NCBI GenBank assembly: GCA_036676985.1
Contig: JAKFBU010000038.1
Span: 32,001-96,000 of the forward strand
DNA: 64,000 nucleotides
Direction: 5' to 3'
Source: Candidatus Sericytochromatia bacterium
GTDB taxonomy: Bacteria; Cyanobacteriota; Sericytochromatia; S15B-MN24; UBA4093
Position 1 is the stretch's first letter, and every line of letters begins with the position of its first letter. Below, one piece after another: positions 57,050 to 64,000 of the stretch. The position numbers and the translations under genes were made by a program. Below the pieces are notes generated by a model, which saw only the letters and a list, made by a program, of their open reading frames with translations, ran no database searches and was not told the origin of the DNA.

Positions 57050-57697
57050 ATGATCTTCCCGAACCGAGAGCAAGCGGGCATCCAGCTCGCCCGTCGACTG
57101 AGTGATTGCCGGGATGCCCGTCCGGTCGTCTTGGCCCTGCCCCGCGGGGGGCTGCCCATCGGGCGAGCCGTCGCGGATGCAATCGGGGCCCCCCTGGACG
57201 TGGTGGTCGCCCGCAAGATCGGGGCCCCCGGCAACGAGGAGTTCGCCATCGGGGCCGTCACGGCCCGCGGCCAGCGGGTCCTCAACGAGCAGGCCCTCCG
57301 GTACGTGGTCCTGCCGCCCGGCTACCTGGACAGGACGACCGAGGCGCAGCGGCGGGTGGCGGAGGCGCGCGAGGCCAGCTACCGGGGCATCCACCCCCAC
57401 GAGGACCTGGCGGGGCGCACGGCGATCCTGGTGGACGACGGCATCGCCACGGGCATGACCATGCGCGCGGCCATCGAAGACGTCCGAGCGCGCTCGCCCC
57501 GTCAGGTGGTCGTGGCCGCCCCCGTCATGCCGCCGGACACCTACGCGGAGCTGTCGCGCCTGGCCGACCGGGTCGTGGCGCTCGAGGTGCCGCGGGACTT
57601 CCAGGCCGTCGGCCAGTTCTACCGCGACTTCACCCAGGTCACCGACGAAGAGGCCGAGGCCCTGCTCGCCGCCCGGCCCCGCGAGGGGGCGCCATGA
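57050..57697 (+). CDS. Phosphoribosyltransferase-family protein
   Basis: FPNREQAG, LALPRGG, ILVDDGIATG, AVGQFY.DF.QV.D. Confidence 0.9.
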   Translation: MIFPNREQAGIQLARRLSDCRDARPVVLALPRGGLPIGRAVADAIGAPLDVVVARKIGAPGNEEFAIGAVTARGQRVLNEQALRYVVLPPGYLDRTTEAQRRVAEAREASYRGIHPHEDLAGRTAILVDDGIATGMTMRAAIEDVRARSPRQVVVAAPVMPPDTYAELSRLADRVVALEVPRDFQAVGQFYRDFTQVTDEEAEALLAARPREGAP

Positions 57698-59019
57698 GCC
57701 CGCTACGCACGCCAACGGCGGCCGCTTCGCTCGCGTCCTGGGTGACCCACCGGGCACGCCCCTTGGCCGGACGCCATGACGACTACGACGACCTCATGGA
57801 ACTGGTGGGCGACGCGCGGATCGTCATGCTGGGCGAGGCCACCCACGGCACGGCCGAGTTCTATGCCACCCGGGCCCGGTTCACCCAGCGCCTGATCGAG
57901 GAGAAGGGGTTCAACCTGGTGGCCATCGAGGGCGACTGGCCCGACGCCCTGCGGGTCGACGACTACGTGAGCGGCGGAGCCGGGACGGCCCGCGAGGCCC
58001 TCGAGGGCTTCAAGCGCTTCCCCACCTGGATGTGGCGCAACTCGGTGGTGCTCGGCTTCGTCGAGTGGCTGCGCGCCCACAACCTCCGGCGGGGCAAGGA
58101 GGGCCCCGTTCGGTTCTATGGCCTGGACCTCTACTGCCTCCATGGGTCCATGGAGTCCGTCCTGCGCTTCCTGGACCGGGTGGACCCCGCGGCCGCGGCA
58201 CGGGCGCGCGGACGTTACGCCTGCTTCGAGCCCTTCGGGTCCGACACCCAGCAGTACGCGCGCCTGGTGCACTTGCTGCCCGATACCTGCGAGGCGGACG
58301 TGACCCGGGTGATGGTCGACCTCGCGCGCGAGCGCGCCCGCTATGAGCGCCATGCCGGGCCGGATGCCGCCTTCGCGGCGGAGCTGAACGCGCTCGCGGC
58401 CGTGGACGCGGAGCACTACTACCGCATGATGACCTTCGGCGGGGCCGTCACCTGGAACCTGCGCGATCGCCACATGGTCGAGACCCTCGAGCGGACGCTC
58501 GCCCACATGGGCCCCGACGCCAAGGCGGTCCTCTGGGAGCACAACAGCCACATCGGGGACTTCCGGGCCACCGGCATCGGACGCAGCGGCCACCTGAACG
58601 TGGGCCAGCTCCTGCGCGAGCGCTACGGCGCGCAGGTGGTGGCCGTCGGCTACGGCACCCACCGGGGGACGGTGACGGCGGCTTCTGCCTGGGACGGGCC
58701 CGCCGCGTACAAGCGCGTCCCGCCCGCCCGGGCGGGCAGCTACGAGGACATCTTCCACCGGGCGGAGCATGCGGCCTTCTACCTGCGCCTCAAGGGGCTG
58801 GACTACCGGCTCCCAGACGCGTGGCTCTTCGAGGTCCGCGACGAGCGCGCCATCGGCGTGGTCTACGACCCCGAGCGCGAGCACTTCGCCAACTACGTGC
58901 CCTCGCGGCTGGCCGAGCGCTACGACGCCTTCCTCTTCTTCGACGAGACGCTCGCCGTCGAGCCCCTGGACCCGGGCCCGGAGCCGCCCGGACTCGAGAC
59001 CTACCCGACGGGCCTGTGA
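57694..59019 (+). CDS. Erythromycin esterase-family protein
   Basis: ATGA overlap with the PRT gene; LGEATHGT.EFY, EGDWPDA, FPTWMWRN, WNLRD.HM, HNSHIGD, RAIGVVY. Confidence 0.9.
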   Translation: MSPLRTPTAAASLASWVTHRARPLAGRHDDYDDLMELVGDARIVMLGEATHGTAEFYATRARFTQRLIEEKGFNLVAIEGDWPDALRVDDYVSGGAGTAREALEGFKRFPTWMWRNSVVLGFVEWLRAHNLRRGKEGPVRFYGLDLYCLHGSMESVLRFLDRVDPAAAARARGRYACFEPFGSDTQQYARLVHLLPDTCEADVTRVMVDLARERARYERHAGPDAAFAAELNALAAVDAEHYYRMMTFGGAVTWNLRDRHMVETLERTLAHMGPDAKAVLWEHNSHIGDFRATGIGRSGHLNVGQLLRERYGAQVVAVGYGTHRGTVTAASAWDGPAAYKRVPPARAGSYEDIFHRAEHAAFYLRLKGLDYRLPDAWLFEVRDERAIGVVYDPEREHFANYVPSRLAERYDAFLFFDETLAVEPLDPGPEPPGLETYPTGL

Positions 59020-59022
59020 GCC

Positions 59023-59922
59023 ATGCGCGCGCGGATCGTCGGCCCCCCGAGCCAGGAGCCCCTGCTGCGCGCCGTCGCCCGAGCGGCGGACCTGCAAGTC
59101 GGACAGGTCACGATCGGGGGCTATCCCGACGGTGAGCGGGAGGTGCGCCTCCACGACTCGCTCTGGGGGCAGGCGGCCGTTCTGCTCTGCTCCACGGGCC
59201 CGCCCGTCGACGCCCTGACCATGACCCTCGCCTTGCTGGCCGACGCGGCGCGCCGCGCGGGGGCGGTCCGGATCGTGGCCGTCGTGCCCTACATGGGCTA
59301 CGCGCGCAGCGATCGCCTCGCGGAGTGGGGACGCCCCATCGGGGCCCGGGTGGTGGCGGACCTGTGGCAGGCCGCGGGCGTCACCCACCTGGTGGCGCTG
59401 GACCTCCACAACCCGGCCAGCGTGGGCTTCTTCACCATCCCGGTGCTCGAGGTGAGCGCCCTCGAACTCTTCGCGGAGGCCCTGAGGCCAGCCGAGGGCC
59501 AGGTGATCGTGGCCCCCGATGCGGGGGCGGCCAAGCGCGTGAGCCGCCTCTCCACCATGCTGGGCCGGCCCATGGCCGTCGCCGCCAAGGCGCGCCTCGG
59601 GCCCGAGAGCCCGCGCATCCTGCAGGTGTGCGGGGCCGTCGCGGGCCGCGACGTGGTGGTCCTGGACGACATGATCAGCACCGGGGCGACCGTGGAGCAG
59701 GTGGTGGCGGCGCTGCGGGCCGAAGGCGCCCGGCACGTCGACGTGGCCGCCTCCCATGCCGTCATGAGCGGCGCGGCCGAAGCGCGGCTGCGCCGGCTGG
59801 GGCTCAGGCGCCTGATCGTGACGGACTCCCTGCCCTATGGGCCGAGCGTCCCGTGGCCCGAGCTGGAGGTGCGCTCGGTGGCCCCGCTCTTGGCGCGGGC
59901 CGTCACGGCATGCTTGGAATGA
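59023..59922 (+). CDS. Ribose-phosphate pyrophosphokinase (divergent PRPP synthetase)
   Basis: YPDGE, PYMGYARSDR, LDLH, APDAGA, DDMISTGAT. Confidence 0.85.
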   Translation: MRARIVGPPSQEPLLRAVARAADLQVGQVTIGGYPDGEREVRLHDSLWGQAAVLLCSTGPPVDALTMTLALLADAARRAGAVRIVAVVPYMGYARSDRLAEWGRPIGARVVADLWQAAGVTHLVALDLHNPASVGFFTIPVLEVSALELFAEALRPAEGQVIVAPDAGAAKRVSRLSTMLGRPMAVAAKARLGPESPRILQVCGAVAGRDVVVLDDMISTGATVEQVVAALRAEGARHVDVAASHAVMSGAAEARLRRLGLRRLIVTDSLPYGPSVPWPELEVRSVAPLLARAVTACLE

Positions 59923-60283
59923 CGGGCCGCGTCCGACTCCGGGACTCGATGGGGTAGCCCACCTTGCGCCGCCGCCAGGCGGGATAGCCGCCCATGAGCG
60001 GGTGAGTGTTGGCGTAGCCGTGCTCGATGAGCCGCCGGGCCACCCGGGCGCTCGTGAGCTCGCCGGGGTCCGCGCAGTAGGTCACGATGAGCGAGTCCTT
60101 GGGCACGGGCAGGTGCAAGGCGTCGGCCTCGAGCAGGTCCGCCGGGTCGTAGTAGACCGCGCCGCGGATCTGCGTGGTGTCGGGCTGGGGTCGGACGTCC
60201 ATGAGCAGGAGGAGGTCGCCGCGGTCGAGCCGCTGCTTGACCTGTTGCATGGTGAAGCGCTCGATGGTGGGTTCGGGCCGCAT
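59903..60283 (-). CDS. Rhodanese-like protein
   Basis: GGAGG RBS/ATG 60283; MDVR, IRGA, VTYC, LMGGYPAW. Confidence 0.75.
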   Translation of the reverse strand: MRPEPTIERFTMQQVKQRLDRGDLLLLMDVRPQPDTTQIRGAVYYDPADLLEADALHLPVPKDSLIVTYCADPGELTSARVARRLIEHGYANTHPLMGGYPAWRRRKVGYPIESRSRTRPVIPSMP

Positions 60284-60479
60284 TGGGATCCTCCTTGGCC
60301 TCCTATGATGGGCGGCCCTCGGTCGCCAGGCGAGGGCCGTTTCGGCCAAACTTCATGCCCCCGCCTTTCGGTCGTCCGGCCCTTCCTGGCTCACGCCCCT
60401 TTGCTTGTTTGCGCTGAAAACGTTCGTTGTTATCATGCGCAAGTCCCGGGCCGGGGCCCGAGCGAGTGAGGAGGCGACC

Positions 60480-60842
60480 ATGAGCACGCGCGTCATCCCG
60501 GTGGAGCAGTGGCTGAGCACCCTCAACGACCTGAGCGTCCTCAAGCGGCGTGCGCCCGTGCGCGTCGAGCTAGAGAGCGACGAGCTGGGCCGCAAGACCA
60601 TCGCCGAGCGGGCCCCGCTCCTCGGCATGGCGCCCGAGATGAAGGGGAGTGCGGCCTGTGCGGTGGCCATCGAGGTCGGCGAGCAGCGGGTGGACCGGTC
60701 CGATCGCCTGACGCACGAGGTCATCTGCACCCGCCAGCTGGTCCTCGAGGAGGACGAGGCGGGTAACCCCACGTGCCTCGACATCGCGGGCGAGGACCCG
60801 CGCACGCATGCCAAGGTCACCACCGTCGTGCGGTTCCTCTGA
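60480..60842 (+). CDS. DUF5335-like hypothetical protein
   Basis: GAGGAGG RBS; IP.EQW..L..LS, PLLGM, THEV, ends VVRF. Confidence 0.6.
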   Translation: MSTRVIPVEQWLSTLNDLSVLKRRAPVRVELESDELGRKTIAERAPLLGMAPEMKGSAACAVAIEVGEQRVDRSDRLTHEVICTRQLVLEEDEAGNPTCLDIAGEDPRTHAKVTTVVRFL

Positions 60843-60851
60843 GGTGGCGTC

Positions 60852-61526
60852 ATGACCAAGCCGATCGAACGCGCGCGCGCCGGGGGCGGCGAGCGCCTGG
60901 TGCATGTCCCGATAGGCGACGTCTCGCTCGAGGGAAACCTGGTCGTGCCCGAGGGGGCCAAGGGGGTGGTCCTCTTCGCCCACGGCAGCGGCAGCAGCCG
61001 CCACAGCCCGCGCAACCGCTACGTGGCCGAGGTCCTCCAGCGCGCGGGGCTCGGCACCCTGCTCATCGACCTCTTGACCCGCGACGAGGAGGCCGCCGAC
61101 ATGCTCTCGGGCGAGTGGCGCTTCGACATCCCCCTGTTGGCCCGGCGGCTCGTCGGCACCACGGACTGGCTGCGGCGCGAGCCCGAGACGCGGGACCTCT
61201 CGGTGGGCTACTTCGGGGCGAGCACGGGCGGGGGGGCGGCCCTGGTGGCGGCCGCCGAGCGCCCCGACGTCGTCAAGGCCGTGGTGTCGCGGGGCGGGCG
61301 CCCGGACCTCGCGGGCGCGGCCCTTGCGCGGGTCGCGGCGCCCACCCTGCTCCTGGTGGGGGGGGACGACGAGCCCGTCATCGAGCTCAACCGCATGGCC
61401 GTAGCGGCCATGCCGGGCCCGAAGGAGCTTGCGATCATTCCGGGGGCCACGCACCTCTTCGAGGAGCCCGGCACCCTGGAGGCCGTCGCTCGCAAGGCGG
61501 CCGACTGGTTCGGGCGGTACCTCTAG
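60852..61526 (+). CDS. Dienelactone hydrolase-family alpha/beta hydrolase
   Basis: FAHGSGSSRHSPRN, GYFGASTG, VSRGGRPD, ATHLFEE. Confidence 0.9.
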   Translation: MTKPIERARAGGGERLVHVPIGDVSLEGNLVVPEGAKGVVLFAHGSGSSRHSPRNRYVAEVLQRAGLGTLLIDLLTRDEEAADMLSGEWRFDIPLLARRLVGTTDWLRREPETRDLSVGYFGASTGGGAALVAAAERPDVVKAVVSRGGRPDLAGAALARVAAPTLLLVGGDDEPVIELNRMAVAAMPGPKELAIIPGATHLFEEPGTLEAVARKAADWFGRYL

Positions 61527-61999
61527 GCGTTCGCCGCCCGTTTGGCGAGCGTGCGGCGCTCGGTCCACAAGAGCAGGAAGAGGCCGGTCCACATGACGCC
61601 GCTCAGGGGCAGGATCCATTGCCAGAGCACCTGAAAGCCATGGCGGCCCACGACCTGCAGGAAGAGCCATGCCATAGCCTTTTGCTCCACGGCGAAGCCG
61701 AGCGCCCAGAGGTTGGCCTGGTACTCCCGGCTCCACCGGTGCTCCACGTCCGGGCGGACGATGCCCGTGGCCCGAAAGAGCCGGTTCTGGCGGAAGGAGG
61801 CGGCGAGGGTGTAGACGAGCAGCAACACGCCGGCCACGCCCAGCGGGAAGTAGAGCAGCCCCACGGGCACCAGCTGCAGCACGAGGCCCGCGACGAAGAG
61901 GCGCGTGTAGGCGCTCTGACGGCGCAGGACGCCGACGAGCAGCCCCAGGAAGGGCAGGCTGGCGAACATGTAGCAGAAGACCACGGCAATCGCTTGCAT
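61523..61999 (-). CDS. Hypothetical membrane protein
   Basis: Several hydrophobic segments; TATCAT 6 nt before the ATG. Confidence 0.6.
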   Translation of the reverse strand: MQAIAVVFCYMFASLPFLGLLVGVLRRQSAYTRLFVAGLVLQLVPVGLLYFPLGVAGVLLLVYTLAASFRQNRLFRATGIVRPDVEHRWSREYQANLWALGFAVEQKAMAWLFLQVVGRHGFQVLWQWILPLSGVMWTGLFLLLWTERRTLAKRAANA

Positions 62000-62094
62000 G
62001 GCCCCATGATACCCGAGGTGCCCGCCGATGCCCCCGCTCGTGGCAGGCCGGACGGGTGTGGTATGGTGAGGGCGCAAATGCTCGGTGACATGGG

Positions 62095-63885
62095 GTGGCG
62101 TCTCGCATGAAGAACGTCGAAAGTCCCTCCGATGGGCGGCTGCGGCAGGTGCCGGCGGCCCTCATCGTCCTGGCCGTCTCGCTGCTCATCACCTGCGCGC
62201 TCTGGCTCGCCGTCGATCACGCCGTCCGCGAGCGCGATCGCCTCCGCTTCGAGGGGGCCGTGGACGAGGCGCAGCTGGCCATCACCCTGCGCATGGACAC
62301 CTACACCAACGCCTTGCGCGACGCGGTGGGACTCTTCGTGGCGTCCGGGGCCATCACGCGCGGCGAGTGGCACGACTACGTCCGGGCCCTCGAGCTGCGC
62401 CGACGCTATCCCGGCATCCAGGGGATAGGCTTCACGGAGCGCATTTCGGCCCCGGAGCTTGCGGCCCACGAGCGCCGGGTCAGGGCCGAGGGCTTTCCCG
62501 GCTATCGCGTCTGGCCGGAGACGCCCCGCTCCGAGTACTTCTCGATCGTCTACCTGGAGCCCTTCGACTGGCGCAACCAGCGCGCCTTCGGCTTCGACAT
62601 GTTCACGGAGCCGACGCGGCGCGAGGCCATGGCCCGGGCGCGGGACACCGGAGCACCCGCCCTGTCGGGTCGCGTCACCCTGGTTCAGGAGACGGACGTC
62701 TCCCCCCAGGCGGGGTTTCTCCTGTACGTGCCCGTGTATCGCAAGGGCATGCCATCGCGGACCGTCGAGGAGCGCCGGGCGTCCCTGGAGGGCTTCGTTT
62801 ACGCCCCCTTCCGCGCGGATGACCTGTTCAAGGGCATCTTCGGCCGCCTCGAGCGGAACCCGATCATCGACTTCGAGGTCTTCGACGGCCGGCGCATCAG
62901 CCCGGACACGCTGCTGCACGATCACAATCCGCTCTTCACGAGCGCCTACGGCGAGGATGCCACCTACCGCCCCCGCTTCCAGGAGGTCAAGGAGCTGACG
63001 ATCGCCGGGCATCGGTGGACGGTCCACTTCAGCACGCTGCCGGCCTTCGAGGCCGAGAGCAACCGCGCCCTGCCCCTGGTCGCCCTCATGGTCGGGCTCC
63101 TGGTGACGGGCCTGCTCGTCTGGCTCACATGGGCCTTGGGGACCGGGCGTGAGCGGGCGCTCGCGCTCGCCCGGGAGATGACGCTCGAGCTAAGGGAGGC
63201 GGACAAGGCCAAGGACGAGTTCCTGTCGGTCATCAGCCACGAGCTGCGGACGCCGCTCAACTTCATCATGGGCTTCGCGAGCATCCTCGAGGACGAGGTG
63301 GCAGGCCCCATGTCCCGCCAGCAGCACGAGTACATGGGCAAGATCCTCAACGGGGTCGATCGCATGCTGCTCCTGGTCAACGACCTTTTGGACTTCGCGA
63401 AGATCCAGGCCGGCAAGTTCGAGCTGCACCGCCACGCGACGCCTTACGCCCCCCTGGTCGAAGAGGTCGTCTCGACCATGCGCCCCCTGGCCGATCAAAA
63501 GGACATCGCCGTCTCGTCCGACGTGGCGGTGGACGTGACGCCGACCGTGGACGGGCCGCGCGTGGTCCAGGTGCTGACGAACCTGCTCTCGAACGCCGTC
63601 AAGTTCACGCCGGCGGGCGGCTCGATCCGCGTCACGGCCCGGATCGACGGCAACGACCTGCTTACGGAGGTCACGGACACGGGCATCGGCATCTCCGCCG
63701 AGGATCTTCCCAAGCTCTTCACGCGCTTTCGGCAGCTCGACATGAGCAGCACGCGCGAGGCGGGCGGCACGGGGCTGGGGCTTTCCATCTCCAAGGGCAT
63801 CGTCGAGGCCCACGGCGGGAGCATCGGCGTCAGGAGCGAGAAGGGCTGCGGCAGCACCTTCTGGTTCCGCTTGCCCCTGGGCTGA
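62095..63885 (+). CDS. CHASE-domain sensor histidine kinase
   Basis: TM-CHASE (YLEP..N.RAFGFDM..RREAM..ARDTG)-TM; SHELRTPL, NLLSNAVKFT, DTGIGI, GTGLGL. Confidence 0.92.
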   Translation: MASRMKNVESPSDGRLRQVPAALIVLAVSLLITCALWLAVDHAVRERDRLRFEGAVDEAQLAITLRMDTYTNALRDAVGLFVASGAITRGEWHDYVRALELRRRYPGIQGIGFTERISAPELAAHERRVRAEGFPGYRVWPETPRSEYFSIVYLEPFDWRNQRAFGFDMFTEPTRREAMARARDTGAPALSGRVTLVQETDVSPQAGFLLYVPVYRKGMPSRTVEERRASLEGFVYAPFRADDLFKGIFGRLERNPIIDFEVFDGRRISPDTLLHDHNPLFTSAYGEDATYRPRFQEVKELTIAGHRWTVHFSTLPAFEAESNRALPLVALMVGLLVTGLLVWLTWALGTGRERALALAREMTLELREADKAKDEFLSVISHELRTPLNFIMGFASILEDEVAGPMSRQQHEYMGKILNGVDRMLLLVNDLLDFAKIQAGKFELHRHATPYAPLVEEVVSTMRPLADQKDIAVSSDVAVDVTPTVDGPRVVQVLTNLLSNAVKFTPAGGSIRVTARIDGNDLLTEVTDTGIGISAEDLPKLFTRFRQLDMSSTREAGGTGLGLSISKGIVEAHGGSIGVRSEKGCGSTFWFRLPLG

Positions 63886-63890
63886 CGCGC

Positions 63891-64000
63891 CTACTCCAAG
63901 GCCTCGGGCGGGTGCGGCAACGCGCGCTCGGCCTCCGGATCGTGGCTCGGCACGACCATAAGGTCCGGGTCCAGCTGATGCAGATGGTGTAACAGCCGCA
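63891..64000 (-). CDS. Partial gene (C-terminus), probable metallo-beta-lactamase-fold hydrolase
   Basis: RLLHHLHQLDPDLMVVPSHDPEAERALPHPPEALE*; the PxHD motif is typical of AHL-lactonase-like MBL proteins. Confidence 0.5.
   Translation of the reverse strand, partial: RLLHHLHQLDPDLMVVPSHDPEAERALPHPPEALE

Noticed and set aside
57694-59019. Macrolide resistance gene
   Set aside because: Family membership only; the PRT-linked context fits the widespread Rv2030c-like group with no shown resistance role

Overview
GC-rich bacterial chromosomal window with about 58 genes and no rRNA, tRNA, CRISPR or intact mobile element visible. The gene set (TonB/outer-membrane barrel, alternative complex III, cyanobacteria-like surE/clpX, no photosynthesis genes here) fits a diderm, possibly a non-photosynthetic Cyanobacteriota relative such as Sericytochromatia; this is inference only. 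Housekeeping blocks: valS, rnhA, cheX, lon, clpX-clpP-tig, surE, nnr, a TrmH-family methylase and an ACIII operon. The best candidate for an undescribed system is a RiPP-like locus at ~17.2-21.3 kb. It has a Nif11/NHLP-like precursor ending in GG-SC, a radical SAM enzyme whose SPASM domain has lost all AuxI ligands, an MfnF-like (methanofuran ether-forming, hydantoinase-fold) enzyme, and a divergent M50 metalloprotease fused to a tandem MshEN c-di-GMP-binding motif and an RRE-like domain, next to two S8 lipoprotein proteases. Also notable: a stand-alone DxDD terpene-cyclase beta-domain in a partner-switching locus; two signal-peptide-less bifunctional peptidoglycan hydrolases; a three-ligase peptide/amide synthesis operon; a PRT-Ere-Prs-DLH module; a palindromic repeat pair in frame inside actE; recurrent TTAA-N7-TTAA boxes; several probable leaderless genes. 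All calls come from reading motifs by eye; no database searches were run.
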